Positions 44,301 through 57,424 are shown, counted from the first letter of the stretch. The stretch: 64,000 bases of DNA from an uncultured Microthrixaceae bacterium (GCA_963703565.1 CAVPEW010000034.1:2878-66877), one strand, 5' to 3'. Notes: generated by a model not told the origin, from the sequence alone. Numbers and translations are program-made.

Positions 44301-45992
44301 TCAGGCCCCCACGCGCCGGTAGCGAGCCGCCACCACCGCGTCGTCGAGGAGCTCGAGGCCTGTTCGCCCCTCGAGGTGCCAACCGGGCCCAGGGCTCGGC
44401 GGCGCCCCGGCGGGGTCCAGGACCACCAGGGTCGCCGCGTCCGCCCGGACAGCCACCTCGGCTGCACGGCGGAACTCGTCCTCGTCGCCCACGCTGAGCC
44501 AGCGCCGGTCCAACAGCCGCGGCCCCGCCTCCCGCAGCAGGAACTCGTCGCGGGCCACGACCACGTCACCGTCCAGCGCGTCGACCTCGTCGAAGAACCG
44601 CGGCAGCGCGTGCGATCGCTCCTGCAGCCACCACAGTCCTGTCGCGCTCACCACCAGGCTCAGGGCCAACACGGCCCGGGCCGCGGGCAGCGGCAGCCGT
44701 CGCAGAGCGACCGCACCGAGCGCGCCCAGGACCAGCGCCGAGGGCAACGTGTAGCGCCCACCCCACTGGGGACCGGCCCCGCCGAGGAACTGGAAGGCCC
44801 ACACGACCGGCAGGCTCCCGACCGCCCAGGCCCACCACGGCCCCGGCACCGCTCCGCCACGCCCGGCCACCCCTGCGACCAGGCCGACGGTGGCCAGCGG
44901 GTAGGCGACCAGCAGGCCGGGCACGAACGATGGGCTTGCCAGCCCGGCCACCGCCATCACCACGACCAGGCCGCCCAGGACCCGCACCGCGCGCCCTGCC
45001 TCGAGGCGCCCGGCGAGCAGCGCCACGACAACGCCTGCCACCGCGGCTACGACCGCCGCGCCGAAGAGAGCGGCCCCCCACGAGTCGCCCTTGAAGCCCG
45101 TGAGCGTCACCGCCGCCTCCCGGAGCCGGTCGGCCAGCTCCGAACCGGCCCCCGTCGCCGTGGACGTCGCCCGCTCGCCGCGGGCCTGTCCGGCCAGGGC
45201 GGCCTCGAGCGCCGCGTTGGCGCCGAACACCACCGCGAAGCCCACCGTCCAGGAGACGGCGGAACGGACGAGCGCGCCTCCCACCGCTTCACCGCCGCGG
45301 CGGCGGACCCACCAGCGCCACGCCGCGAGCGCCAGCGTCGCGGCCCCGTAGACCAGCGCCTCGTTGCGCAGCGTCGCCGCCGCCGCGAAGCCCGCCCCGG
45401 CTGCTCCCGCCCACCACAGGGCCCTGCGGCCGCGGGCGACGTCGTCGAGCAGCAGCGCAGACCACGCCACCAGCGCAACCCCGATCGAATGCTCCCAGAA
45501 GTCGAGCGCGTAGACCACCATCGGCGACGCCAACCCGGTCGCCCAGAACGTGCCCAGGCGGCGTCGACGACCCGCTCCCAACCGCCCGGCGAGAGCCGCC
45601 GCCGCCCCGGCGGACGCCACCGAACCGAGCATCGGCAGCACCAGCGCGCCGCGGTAGCCACCCAGGCCGTAGAGGGGCCGGGCCGCCTCCAGGACCGGCA
45701 GGGTCGTGACCGCAACCCAGTGGCCCTCCAGCGACGTGGCGTCGCGCATCGGGTGCAGGTCACCGTCGGGATCCCAGCGCTCTGCCCAGTAACCCACGTC
45801 GGGGCGGGCGGAACCCGACCGTTGCATGGCCTCGAGGGTGGCCACCTTCGCCCCGGTGTCGGTCCCCAGGTAGCCGTGGGGATCCATCACCAGCGACAGC
45901 GCGCCGTACAGCACGAACAGGCCCAGCGCCGCGACCAGCCAGTCCCGCCGTCGCCCCTCCCCCGGGCCCGCCCCCTCCGCCGAGCGCTTCAC
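44301..45992 (-). CDS. Polytopic membrane protein, paralogue 2 of a tandem pair (563 aa)
   Basis: The GTG at 45992 overlaps the upstream stop (GTGA). It shares DVGYWAERWDPD, DFWEH, LRNEA and QWGGRY with paralogue 1. It has many TM segments and a soluble C-terminal ~90 aa. The track ORF 44301..47369 fuses it to an off-frame read-through. Confidence 0.7.
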   Translation of the reverse strand: MKRSAEGAGPGEGRRRDWLVAALGLFVLYGALSLVMDPHGYLGTDTGAKVATLEAMQRSGSARPDVGYWAERWDPDGDLHPMRDATSLEGHWVAVTTLPVLEAARPLYGLGGYRGALVLPMLGSVASAGAAAALAGRLGAGRRRRLGTFWATGLASPMVVYALDFWEHSIGVALVAWSALLLDDVARGRRALWWAGAAGAGFAAAATLRNEALVYGAATLALAAWRWWVRRRGGEAVGGALVRSAVSWTVGFAVVFGANAALEAALAGQARGERATSTATGAGSELADRLREAAVTLTGFKGDSWGAALFGAAVVAAVAGVVVALLAGRLEAGRAVRVLGGLVVVMAVAGLASPSFVPGLLVAYPLATVGLVAGVAGRGGAVPGPWWAWAVGSLPVVWAFQFLGGAGPQWGGRYTLPSALVLGALGAVALRRLPLPAARAVLALSLVVSATGLWWLQERSHALPRFFDEVDALDGDVVVARDEFLLREAGPRLLDRRWLSVGDEDEFRRAAEVAVRADAATLVVLDPAGAPPSPGPGWHLEGRTGLELLDDAVVAARYRRVGA

Positions 45993-47680
45993 AGGCGCGC
46001 CGTCAACGCATCGAGGTCGGCTCCGAACCAACCCACGCCGTCGAGGCGCTGCGGGCGACACAGCCCGGCGCACGACGCAGTGCCCGGCTCGGCCACGATC
46101 AGGATCTCCCGCACCCCGGCACCGCGGGCCAACGCGATCGCCTCGGCGAACGACGCCGAACCCGGCGGCGCCGCGCTCAACCAGCGCACCCGGCCGTACC
46201 AGGCGCCCGCCTCCCGCCCGAGGTGGCCCGTAGTGCTCACCACCACCCCGTCGCGCGGCGCCAGCGCGTCGATCCGGTCCAGCGCCCGTCCCACCAGGTT
46301 CGAGCGCTCCACGTGCCAGCGCAGGCCCCAAGCACCCATCAGCAACGACAGCACCACCAAGCTCGCCGACACCCCCACCGCCAGCCGGCCCGTTGCCGAT
46401 CCGTGCGATTCGGCCTCGGTGGATCCCGCTGCAGCCGATCGCAGCGAGGCAACACCCGCCACCACCAGCAGAGCGGCCATCGGCATCAGGTACCGCCCGC
46501 CCCACTGGGCGAGCTGGTTGCCCCTCCACTGCAACGCCAGCACCGGCACCACCGGCGCCAGCGCCGCCGCCCGCAGCAGATCCCGGTCGGGGTCGCGCCG
46601 GGCCCACAGTCCGACGGCTGCCAGCGGGGCCACCGCCACCGCGCCCGGCACGAACCTGAGCCCCTCGCTCGCGCGGTCGAGGTAGAGCACCGCGGTCATG
46701 GTCAGCACAGCCAACGCCACCGGCAGCGGCAGGCGGAGCCGCCCCGCGGCCACACCGCCCGCGGCCACGAGCACCACCAGCAGCACCCCCGCGAGCACCA
46801 GGTAGCGCCCCGAGTCGACCGGGTTCAGGTTGGCGGTGGTCGACAGGGCGTCGCGCAGGCGTGCCCCGACGTCGTCGCCCGCCTGCGACGCCAGGCCCGC
46901 TGCGCGATCCGATCGGACCGAACCGTGCAGGACCGCGCCTTCGAGGACCTGGTTCAGCCCCACGATGCCCAGCGCCCCCACCGCTCCCGCGACGATCGCC
47001 CACGGGCGCGCCAGCCAGGCTCGGCGGTGCTCGGGCACCACCAGCAAGGCCACGGCGAGCCCGGCACCCACCACCACCGCCTCGGACCGCAGGACCCCTG
47101 CCAGGCCCAGCGCCGCTCCCGCCAGCAGCGCCCGGCCGGGCGCCGGGCCGCGCAGCACCAGGTACACCGCCGCCAGCACCAGGCCCGTCGCCGGCGCGTG
47201 CTCCCACAGGTCGGCCCCGTACACACCGACCGGACCCACCCCGACCACCAGGGCGGCCAGCTCCGACGACCCGCCGAGCAGGCCGGCGATCCCGGCCGCC
47301 GCGCCCGCCGCCAGCAGCGCGCCGAGCACGGGCAGCGCCAGCGCCAACGGCGGACCGCCCAGGTCCCACAACAGCCCGGCGGCGCAGGCGAACGGGACGC
47401 TGGTGGCCTGCACGAACCCGTCGCCCTGGCGCACCGTGTTGATCAGCTGGTGGTGGACGGCGTCGGGATCGCCCTCACGGGCCCAATAGCCCACGTCGAC
47501 CGTGCAGCTGCCGGCCTCGGCGGCCACCCGAGCCGTCGCCGCACGTCCCCCCGCGTCGGAGCCGTTGTAGGTACGGCTGTCGCCCAGGGCGATGACCGAC
47601 ACGTACAGCACCACCAGCCCGGCCAGCACAGCCAGCAACCGGACCCGGCCGGCTCTGTCGGACCTGCCTGGACCGGCCAC
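45989..47680 (-). CDS. Polytopic membrane protein, paralogue 1 of a tandem pair (563 aa)
   Basis: 563-aa ORF containing DVGYWAREGDPD, DLWEH, LRSEA and QWGGRY. The architecture matches its downstream neighbour. I cannot name a family; a GT-C-like topology is only a guess. Confidence 0.7.
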   Translation of the reverse strand: MAGPGRSDRAGRVRLLAVLAGLVVLYVSVIALGDSRTYNGSDAGGRAATARVAAEAGSCTVDVGYWAREGDPDAVHHQLINTVRQGDGFVQATSVPFACAAGLLWDLGGPPLALALPVLGALLAAGAAAGIAGLLGGSSELAALVVGVGPVGVYGADLWEHAPATGLVLAAVYLVLRGPAPGRALLAGAALGLAGVLRSEAVVVGAGLAVALLVVPEHRRAWLARPWAIVAGAVGALGIVGLNQVLEGAVLHGSVRSDRAAGLASQAGDDVGARLRDALSTTANLNPVDSGRYLVLAGVLLVVLVAAGGVAAGRLRLPLPVALAVLTMTAVLYLDRASEGLRFVPGAVAVAPLAAVGLWARRDPDRDLLRAAALAPVVPVLALQWRGNQLAQWGGRYLMPMAALLVVAGVASLRSAAAGSTEAESHGSATGRLAVGVSASLVVLSLLMGAWGLRWHVERSNLVGRALDRIDALAPRDGVVVSTTGHLGREAGAWYGRVRWLSAAPPGSASFAEAIALARGAGVREILIVAEPGTASCAGLCRPQRLDGVGWFGADLDALTARL

Positions 47681-47717
47681 GGCCGCGCAGTCTTTCAGCC
47701 GGGCCGAGCCCCGCGGC

Positions 47718-49763
<2,046 letters not shown>

Positions 49764-49799
49764 CGGCCGCGGGAGGACCGGCCGCTGCGTCCGCAGCCC

Positions 49800-51245
49800 T
49801 CACCGGGCCGGACCGAAGGTCGGTAGGCAGTCCTCGGGGGGGTGCAGGTCCACCGCTCGGAACAGCTGCAGCTTGTCGCGCCACTCCGGCGGCGAGTCCA
49901 CCAGCTCGGGGTGATCGCCGGCGCGTTCGACTGCCACCACGGACCCGGCCCGGCGGTAGGTCAGCGCCACGTCGCGGTGGTCGGCCAGGTAGGTGCGAAG
50001 CGCCCTCCAGGTCAACGCCCGGCCGCGGAGGCGGTAGCCGTCCAGGCCAGGGTCGTCGGTCGCGACCACCTCGACCAGGTCGGCCTGCTCGTCGCTCAAC
50101 GGGAGCGTGGCGCGGACCAGGAAGTGGTTCGAGTCGCCGTCGACGGTGCGCAGGTTGGCGTACATGTTCCACCCGAAGCCGGTCTTGAGCTCGAGGTAGG
50201 GGGTGAAGCCGTTGAACACGACCGCCGCCACCACGACCGCCAGCGCCGGGTGGGCGAGCCCGAGGTGCCGGTCGGCCACCGGCGACCGGCCCCGCGACGT
50301 GGCCCACGTCCAGGCCGCCACAGCGACCACCGTGCCCGCCAGCACGACCTGCCAGGACCACCACCCCAGCTCGAACGCCTCGTCGCGATCGACGCGATCC
50401 GATGCCACGGCGACGCCGGCGCCCACCGCCGCCGCCCAGCCCACCAGGGCCAGGGCCCGCAACGTGCGACGGTCCACCCGCCCGAGCCCGCGGCGCACCC
50501 ATGTCTCGAGATCGGCGAACCCCGCCTCGGGCACGAACAGCACGAACAGCGCCGTGAGCGCCGAGGAGAAGTCGAAGAACTGGTGGGAGCGGTCCAGTGA
50601 CAACACCCCGTGGAACACGAGCGCCCCGAGGACCCCCCAGGGCCTGGTCCGGCGCACGACCAGCGCCACCGGCACCGCCAGCTCAACGGCTGCCGTGGCG
50701 TAGATCGACGCCCACGCCGTGAGACCCGGGTCTCCCAGGCCCAGCCCTCCCAGCCCCAGCGAGTCCGTCGACGAGCGCAGGAAGAGCGGCGCGCAGCTCA
50801 CCGCAGGATCGAAGAACCCTGCGTTGAGCTTGGCGAACGCGGCGAACCCGTAGAACGCCAACAGGCACCAGCGCGCCGCGGACAGCCACGCCTCGATCGC
50901 CCAACTCGCCCTCCGGTGGCCGAGGCCCGCCACCGCCAGCGCCACGAGCAGCGCCGCGTCGACGAACCCGACCAGCAGCCAGTGGTTCCCCAGCATCGGC
51001 GCCTCGTCCCACACCGTGACGAGTTGGGCCATGGCGAGCGCGGCCAGCGCCGCGCCCGAACGGGGGCGCAGCAGCACCCAACCCACCGCCGCCACCAACG
51101 CCACCGCGGGCCGGGCCCCGGCCAGGTCGGGGTTGCCCAGCAGGTGCCACAGGTGGGCCCCGGCCCACAGGCGGGCGAAGGTGGCCGACCTCGAAGGCGA
51201 CTCGCCGGGCCGGCTCAGGGTCCGAGGCGCCCGATCCACGCCCAC
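49800..51245 (-). CDS. Polytopic membrane protein, possibly HTTM-domain family
   Basis: 481 aa with several TM segments. Contains ..FAAFAKLNAGFFDP.. and ..GFTPYLELKTGFGWNMYANLRTVDGDSNHFLV.., which resemble bacterial HTTM (vitamin-K carboxylase-related) proteins from memory. The start overlaps the coaE 3' end, so it is uncertain. Confidence 0.5.
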   Translation of the reverse strand: MGVDRAPRTLSRPGESPSRSATFARLWAGAHLWHLLGNPDLAGARPAVALVAAVGWVLLRPRSGAALAALAMAQLVTVWDEAPMLGNHWLLVGFVDAALLVALAVAGLGHRRASWAIEAWLSAARWCLLAFYGFAAFAKLNAGFFDPAVSCAPLFLRSSTDSLGLGGLGLGDPGLTAWASIYATAAVELAVPVALVVRRTRPWGVLGALVFHGVLSLDRSHQFFDFSSALTALFVLFVPEAGFADLETWVRRGLGRVDRRTLRALALVGWAAAVGAGVAVASDRVDRDEAFELGWWSWQVVLAGTVVAVAAWTWATSRGRSPVADRHLGLAHPALAVVVAAVVFNGFTPYLELKTGFGWNMYANLRTVDGDSNHFLVRATLPLSDEQADLVEVVATDDPGLDGYRLRGRALTWRALRTYLADHRDVALTYRRAGSVVAVERAGDHPELVDSPPEWRDKLQLFRAVDLHPPEDCLPTFGPAR

Positions 51246-51811
51246 ACGTCGTTGACCCGGCGCTCTAGCTCGGCGGGCGTACCGGAGTTGTCGATCACCA
51301 CGTCGGCGAGAGCCAGGCGCTCGGCCCGGTCGACCTGGCGGGCCATGCGGGCTCGGGCGTCCTCGACCCGCATGCCCCGGTGCGTCACGAGGCGCTCGAG
51401 GGCGATCTCGGGGTCCACGTCGACCACCACCAGCGCCGCCAGGTCGGAGCGGCCGCTCTCGACCAGCAGCGGCACGTCCAGGATGACCACCTCGTCGCGG
51501 GCCGCCAGCTCTGCGAGGCGACGGCCGATCTCCTCGCCCACCGCCGGGTGCACGATCGCGTTCAGCTCGGCGAGGGCGGACGCGTCCGAGAACACCAGGT
51601 CGGCCACGGCCTGGCGGTCGAGCGTGCCGTCGGCGGAGACCACCGAAGGCCCGAAGCGGGCGACCATGGCCTCGAACACCGGGGTGCCGCGACGCTGCAG
51701 CTCACGGGTGATCGCGTCGGCGTCGACGACCACCGCCCCCCTGCGGGCCAGCATCGCCGAGACGGTCGACTTGCCCGATCCGATCCCGCCCGTCAATCCG
51801 ATGAGGCGCAC
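51215..51811 (-). CDS. coaE: Dephospho-CoA kinase
   Basis: GTG at 51811. The translation begins VRLIGLTGGIGSGKSTVSAMLARRGAVVVDADAITREL... and includes ..NAIVHPAV... The track ORF 51215..51922 is over-extended at the 5' end. Confidence 0.85.
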   Translation of the reverse strand: MRLIGLTGGIGSGKSTVSAMLARRGAVVVDADAITRELQRRGTPVFEAMVARFGPSVVSADGTLDRQAVADLVFSDASALAELNAIVHPAVGEEIGRRLAELAARDEVVILDVPLLVESGRSDLAALVVVDVDPEIALERLVTHRGMRVEDARARMARQVDRAERLALADVVIDNSGTPAELERRVNDVWAWIGRLGP

Positions 51812-51985
51812 CGGCGCGGACCCTAGCGGGCGAGCCAGGGGACCTGTCCCGACCCGGCCCGACCGGGTCAGAGACAAATGGCCCGTACAGGTCATGGAGG
51901 CCATCGACCCCCGGGTCGACAATCACCGCGTCCGCCGCCGCAGCGGACCAGCACCCGCCTGCGGGCGGACGACCGTGGAGGCGCC

Positions 51986-52759
51986 GTGACACGTCGATCG
52001 AACCTGCTCGTGATCCTGGGCCTGGCCTTCCTCGTGATCGGTGGGATCATCGTCTTCGCCCTCACCGACGACGACGACGGCGACACGGCCGCCGCCGAGG
52101 TGCCCGTCGTGGTCGGCAGCGACGACATCGCAGCCGGCGAACTGGGCAGCGACCTGCTCGAGCAGGGAAGGCTCCGAGAGGTCCGGATCCCCGCCGAGCG
52201 CCTGGTCGCCGGCGCCATCCAGTCCACCGCGCAGCTCGAGGGCGCCACCTTCGTGCAGGGCTTCGCCGCCGACCAGCAGATCACCGCCGCCGGCGTCCAG
52301 AGCCAGAACCGCACCTTCGACATCCCCGACGGCTACGAAGCCGTCGCCGTCCAGCTGGACTTCGTGTCGGGCGGTGCCGGCTACGTCAACCCCGGCGACC
52401 GCCTCAACCTCTACGGCCTGCTGCGCACCGCGCCCCCCGATGTGCTGACCCCCCGAGCGGAGCTGCTGTTGACCAACGTCGAGGTCCTCGACGTGAACCT
52501 CACCATCCCGGCCCGCCGGGGCACGGCATCGGGAACCAGCGACGCCAGCGCCTCCCCCTCCGTGCGGGCCACCAGCGACACGGTCACCTACCTGCTCGCC
52601 CTGCGCACGGTCGACGCCGAGAAGGTGATCTACACCACCGAGTACGAGGCGCTCTACGCCTCGCTCACCCGGAAGGACGCGCCGCCCGCGGGGCCCACCA
52701 CGGGCCGCGACGGTGCGAGCATCCTCGCCGAGGAACCCGACGTCGCCGCGAACCGCTGA
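51986..52759 (+). CDS. cpaB: Flp pilus assembly protein CpaB/RcpC
   Basis: The GTG at 51986 is preceded by GGAGG. It has an N-terminal TM segment (NLLVILGLAFLVIGGIIVF), followed by ..VVVGSDDIAAGE... (SAF-like) and ..GYEAVAVQLD...GYVNPGDRLNLY... Confidence 0.78.
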   Translation: MTRRSNLLVILGLAFLVIGGIIVFALTDDDDGDTAAAEVPVVVGSDDIAAGELGSDLLEQGRLREVRIPAERLVAGAIQSTAQLEGATFVQGFAADQQITAAGVQSQNRTFDIPDGYEAVAVQLDFVSGGAGYVNPGDRLNLYGLLRTAPPDVLTPRAELLLTNVEVLDVNLTIPARRGTASGTSDASASPSVRATSDTVTYLLALRTVDAEKVIYTTEYEALYASLTRKDAPPAGPTTGRDGASILAEEPDVAANR

Positions 52760-52769
52760 GGCCGAGCCC

Positions 52770-54008
52770 ATGGGAACCGTGAAGATCCTGGTCCTGGACC
52801 GCGACGAGTCGCTCGCCGAGCAGGTGAGAGCGGTCACCGCCGAGCACGAGCCCGCCTCGGAGGTGACCGCCTGCACCAAGGTCGGCTCCGCTGCCGAGGT
52901 ACTCGAAGCCGACGGCCCCTTCGACGTCATGGTCGCCGGCCCGAGCATGGGAACCCGCTCGGGACTCGCCCGGCTCGCGCTGATCCGCGAAGAGATCCCC
53001 CAGATGAGCACCGTGCTCGCGCTCGCCCGGCGTCCCGACGCCAGCCTGCGCGAGATAGTGCGATCTGGTGCTGTCGACCTGCTGCAACTGCCCATCGACG
53101 ACACCGAGCTCGCATCGTCGATCTCGCGCGCCGCCGACCTGGCCCGGCGCACGACGCCCACCCACCCCGCCCCCGGCCCCGCGTCCAGCGGTGGCGGCGG
53201 GGAGCCGGGACGGGTGTTCACCATCGCCTCGGCGACCGGTGGCTGCGGCAAGACGTTCTACGCCACCAACCTCGCCTACTTCCTGACCAGGTGGACGGCC
53301 AAGCGCGTCTGCATCCTCGACCTCGACCTGCAGTTCGGAGAGGTGTCCACCGCCCTGCGCCTGCGACCCCGCTACACGATCTTCGACGCCCTCCAGCGCG
53401 AGGACGACCACGACAGCGACCTGCGCGACCACCTGGAGGAGTACACGATCGCCCACGAGACCGGCGTGCACGTCCTCGCCGCGCCGCGCGAGCCGTCCGA
53501 GGCGGATCGGATCGCTCCTCCCGACGTCGCCCGGGTCATCGACGCAGCCCGGTCCGTGTTCGACTACGTGATCGTCGACACGCCCCCGGCCCTGGCCGAG
53601 ACGGTCCTGGTGGCCTTCGACGTCAGCGACGTGCTGTACGTGATGGCGACGCTCGACCTGCCCAGCGTTCGCAACATGAGCGTGTTCCTGTCCACGCTGG
53701 AGCGCCTCAAGGTGCCCAGCGACAACCTGCGGCTGGTGTTGAACAAGGCCGAGACCGACGTGGGCATCGACATCCCCCAGGTCACCAAGCTCTTCCCGCA
53801 GGGCTTCGAGTCTGTCCTTCCCTACGCCAAGGAGGTCAGCCGCTCGATCAACCTCGGCATGCCCGTCATGGCCGCGTCGCCGGCGTCGCCCATCAGCGTG
53901 CTGCTCGCCGGCGGGATGAAGAACGTCCTGCCCGAAGACGTTCAGGACCGCGTCGTGGCCGACGCGACCCCACCCAAGCGAGGGCGGTTCGGCCGCCGCC
54001 GCGGCTGA
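52770..54008 (+). CDS. cpaE: CpaE/TadZ: atypical receiver domain plus MinD/ParA-type ATPase
   Basis: Begins [14 protein letters not shown]... (degenerate receiver). It continues ..[24 protein letters not shown].. (deviant Walker A) and ..YVIVDTPP... Confidence 0.82.
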   Translation: MGTVKILVLDRDESLAEQVRAVTAEHEPASEVTACTKVGSAAEVLEADGPFDVMVAGPSMGTRSGLARLALIREEIPQMSTVLALARRPDASLREIVRSGAVDLLQLPIDDTELASSISRAADLARRTTPTHPAPGPASSGGGGEPGRVFTIASATGGCGKTFYATNLAYFLTRWTAKRVCILDLDLQFGEVSTALRLRPRYTIFDALQREDDHDSDLRDHLEEYTIAHETGVHVLAAPREPSEADRIAPPDVARVIDAARSVFDYVIVDTPPALAETVLVAFDVSDVLYVMATLDLPSVRNMSVFLSTLERLKVPSDNLRLVLNKAETDVGIDIPQVTKLFPQGFESVLPYAKEVSRSINLGMPVMAASPASPISVLLAGGMKNVLPEDVQDRVVADATPPKRGRFGRRRG

Positions 54009-54027
54009 CCGACCGAGGAGGAGCCGA

Positions 54028-55495
54028 ATGAAGCTGTCCGAAAAGCTCGCCGCCCTCGAACAGGCAGAGGAGCGCGGCGCTCACGCCGCTCCGGCCGGGG
54101 CCGATTCCCCCGGCGGTCGCCGGCACGCGACCAAGCCCCCGGCGCGCACCGACTCGAGCTGGGACGCCCGCAAGAAGAAGGTGCGCGAGCTCGTGCTCGA
54201 CGACGTCGCGCCCCGAATGGGCGGCCTCACCGCCGACGAGCTCGCCGACGAGGTGAGGGCAAGCCTCGACGCCATCCTGACCCGAGAGGACGTAGCGGTC
54301 ACCCCCATCGAGCGGCGTCGCTTCGTGCAGGAGGTGATGTCGGACACCCTCGGCTACGGACCGCTCGACCCGCTGCTCGCCGACCCCGACATCACCGAGG
54401 TCATGTGCAACGCCCACGACGACATCTGGGTCGAGCGAGCCGGGCTGATCGAGCGCACCGCCGTTTCGTTCAGCGACGACGCCCAGTACCGGGCGGTGAT
54501 CGAGAAGATCGTGTCCGCCGTGGGACGGCGCGTCGACGAGGCCTCGCCTATGGTCGACGCCCGCCTGCCCGACGGATCCCGGGTCAACGCCATCATCCCG
54601 CCCCTGGCCCTGCACGGAGCGGTCCTGACCATCCGCAAGTTCTCCAAGGACCCCTACACGGCCAAGGACCTCATCAACTTCGGCACCTGGACCATCGACC
54701 TGATGACCGTGCTCGACGCCTGCGTGCGAGGCAAGCTCAACATCTTGGTCTCCGGCGGCACCGGCACCGGCAAGACCACCAACCTCAACGTGCTGTCGGG
54801 CTTCGTCCCCGCAGGCGAGCGGATCATCACCATCGAGGACTCCGCCGAAGCTCCAGCTCCAGCAGCCGCACGTGATCAACCTCGAGTCCCGCCCCGCGAA
54901 CGCGGAGGGAAACGGCCTGGTGTCGATCCGCGACCTGGTGCGAAACGCCCTGCGAATGCGCCCCGACCGGATCATCGTCGGCGAGTGCCGTGGCTCCGAG
55001 GCCCTCGACATGCTCCAGGCCATGAACACCGGCCACGAGGGCTCCATGACCACCGTGCACGCCAACTCGGCGCGCGACGCGCTCTCCCGTCTCGAGACGA
55101 TGGTGCTCATGGCCGGCTACGACCTGCCCGTACGGGCCATACGTGAGCAGATCGCGTCGGGGATCGACCTGATCCTGCAGGTCACCCGATCCCCCGACGG
55201 CCGGCGTCTCGTGACCAGCCTGACCGAGCTGCAGGGCCTCGAGGGCGACACGATCCTGCTCCAAGACGTGTTCGTGCACCGCAGCGACATCGGCGGCGAC
55301 GCCCAACCGGTGGGCTCGCTCACGGCCACGGGCCTGCGACCAAAGTTCGTGGACCGCCTCGCCGAGGCCGACATCGCCCTGCCCGCCTCGGTGTTCAAGG
55401 CCCCGCCCGCCGCCCCGAACCCCCAAGGCGACCGCAGCCGCCGGGTCCGGGTGCCCACCGCACGCGAGCTGGCCGACCGCGAGCAGCTCCGATGA
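54028..55495 (+). CDS. cpaF: CpaF/TadA secretion ATPase; apparent +1 frameshift at ~54850
   Basis: Contains ..[20 protein letters not shown]...[18 protein letters not shown]...IITIEDSAE. It then continues in track ORF 54872..55495 (..[37 protein letters not shown]..). GCC GAA [G]CT CCA G restores ..[17 protein letters not shown]... Confidence 0.88.
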
Positions 55496-56457
55496 GCGGC
55501 TCGCAGCTCCTAGCCGCCCTGCTGGTGGGGGGCGGCCTCGCCCTTCTGGCGACAGGCGTGCTGAGGCGCGGCTACGAGCGCGAGGACCAACTGGCAGACC
55601 TGCTCGACCTGCCCTGGGGCGAGCGTGACGTCGACCTTGCCGCCGCGGTGGACCAGCACTCCCCGCTGGTGGAGAGCACCATCGGCGCCGCTGCCCGGCT
55701 GATCGACCAGGTCGACGCCAAGGGGTCGGTGCTCGCCCTGCTCGAGCGGGCTCGGGTGCCGCTGCGGCCCGGCGAGCTGGGCCTGATCGTCGCCGCGGGC
55801 GGCACCGTGGTCGCCCTGGTGGTCTGGGCAGTCACCGAGAGCGCGCTCCTCGGAGCCCTCGCCCTGCTCCTGGCACCCGTGGCGGCGAGGGTCGCGCTGG
55901 TGCGCCTCGTCGCCCGGCGGAAGCGGCGATTCGAGGAGCAGCTCCCCGACGCCCTCAGCCTCATCGCCTCGTCGATGTCGGCGGGCCACACCTTCCTGCG
56001 CTCGATCCAGATGATGTGCGTGGAGGCGGAGCCGCCGCTCGCCGAGGAGTTCGCCCGAGTGGTGTCCGAGACCCAGCTCGGTGACCCCCTCATCGACGCC
56101 CTCGACCGCATGGCCGACCGGCTCGACATCCGCGACGTCGACTGGGTGGTGCAGGCCATCAAGATCCAACAGACCGTCGGCGGACGGCTCGCAGAGCTGC
56201 TCGACACGCTCGCCGAGTTCATCCGCGCCCGTGAGGAGCTGCGCCGCGAGGTGCAGGTGCTCACCGCGGAGGGACGCACGTCGGCCTACGTGCTGGGCGC
56301 GCTGCCGATCGGCATAGGGCTGATCATCCAGACCCTCAACCCCGGCTACCTCGACCCGATGTTCGAGGGTTGGGGATGGATCTGGCTCGCCGGGAGCCTG
56401 GCGTCGGTGACCCTCGGCATGGTCGTGATCCTGCGCATGGTGAAGGTGGAGATCTGA
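55492..56457 (+). CDS. tadB: TadB (type II secretion system F-family inner-membrane protein)
   Basis: 321 aa. Contains ..[27 protein letters not shown].. and ..[20 protein letters not shown]... The ATG overlaps the cpaF stop (ATGA). Confidence 0.85.
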   Translation: MSGSQLLAALLVGGGLALLATGVLRRGYEREDQLADLLDLPWGERDVDLAAAVDQHSPLVESTIGAAARLIDQVDAKGSVLALLERARVPLRPGELGLIVAAGGTVVALVVWAVTESALLGALALLLAPVAARVALVRLVARRKRRFEEQLPDALSLIASSMSAGHTFLRSIQMMCVEAEPPLAEEFARVVSETQLGDPLIDALDRMADRLDIRDVDWVVQAIKIQQTVGGRLAELLDTLAEFIRAREELRREVQVLTAEGRTSAYVLGALPIGIGLIIQTLNPGYLDPMFEGWGWIWLAGSLASVTLGMVVILRMVKVEI

Positions 56458-57380
56458 TGGCCGCCACCGTCGGAGCAGTCCTGGCGCTGATCGGCATCGC
56501 CGGCGTCGGTGCCGGCCTGCTGCTCACCCGCACCCGGCCGGCCGTCGAGCCGGCGCAGGACTACCTGCTCAGCCTGGGCGAGATCGACGAGGGCGACGAC
56601 TTCGACCGGATCCTCGCCGAGCCGTTCGTGCAGCGCGTGCTGCGCCCCATCGCCGGCTCGGTGACCGGGCTGGTGGGCGGCGCCCTGCCCCGCAACTACC
56701 GACACGAGCTCGGCACCCAGCTGTTGCGCGCAGGCCTGGCAGGCCGCTTCCGGGTCGAGGAGGTGCTCACCCTCCAGGTGCTCGCCGGAGCGGCCGGCCT
56801 GGCGGTGGCGACGGTCCTGGCGGTGTTCGACGTCGTGGGCGCCGGGCTGGGGATCGCGTTGCTGTTCGTGCTCCCCGCCGCCGGGCTGCAGCTCCCGCGG
56901 ACCTGGCTGCGACGCCGCGTCGAGGAACGGGCCGACGCGCTGCGCCGCGACCTGCCCGACACCATCGACCTGCTCGCCATCTCGGTGGAGGCGGGCATGG
57001 GCTTCGAGGGCGCCATAGCCGTCGTGTGCGACAACTTCGACTCCCCCCTGTCCGACGAGCTGGCGCGTACGCTGCGGGAGATGGAGCTCGGCCTGCCCCG
57101 CAGGGACGCGCTCGCCAACCTCAAGCGGCGCACGGAGGTGCCGGAGCTATCCAACTTCGTGCTCACCCTGACCCAGGCAGACGCCCTCGGCATGCCGATT
57201 GGCCGGGTGCTCAAGACCAGCGCGGCCGAGCAGAGGGTGCGTCGGCAGCAGTGGGCCAGGGAGAAGGCGGCCAAGCTGCCGGTGAAGATCCTCTTCCCCC
57301 TCGTGCTGTTCATCTTCCCGCCGATCTTCGTGATCGTGATGGGGCCGGCGGCCTCCGACATCGGTGGCGCCTTCGGCTGA
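56457..57380 (+). CDS. tadC: TadC (type II secretion system F-family inner-membrane protein)
   Basis: The ATG at 56457 overlaps the tadB stop (TGATG). Contains ..LRRDLPDTIDLLAISVEAGMGFEGAI.. and ..REKAAKLPVKILFPLVLFIFP... Confidence 0.85.
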   Translation: MAATVGAVLALIGIAGVGAGLLLTRTRPAVEPAQDYLLSLGEIDEGDDFDRILAEPFVQRVLRPIAGSVTGLVGGALPRNYRHELGTQLLRAGLAGRFRVEEVLTLQVLAGAAGLAVATVLAVFDVVGAGLGIALLFVLPAAGLQLPRTWLRRRVEERADALRRDLPDTIDLLAISVEAGMGFEGAIAVVCDNFDSPLSDELARTLREMELGLPRRDALANLKRRTEVPELSNFVLTLTQADALGMPIGRVLKTSAAEQRVRRQQWAREKAAKLPVKILFPLVLFIFPPIFVIVMGPAASDIGGAFG

Positions 57381-57424
57381 GCCAGCCGGCGGGCGACCGC
57401 GCCCTCGCTCCACCGTCCGACACG

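Noticed and set aside
44301-47369. 1022-aa ORF spanning both membrane paralogues
   Set aside because: Its first ~460 residues are Gly/Arg/Ala-rich off-frame read-through of the upstream paralogue. The real upstream gene is track ORF 45989..47680, and the real downstream gene starts at GTG 45992.
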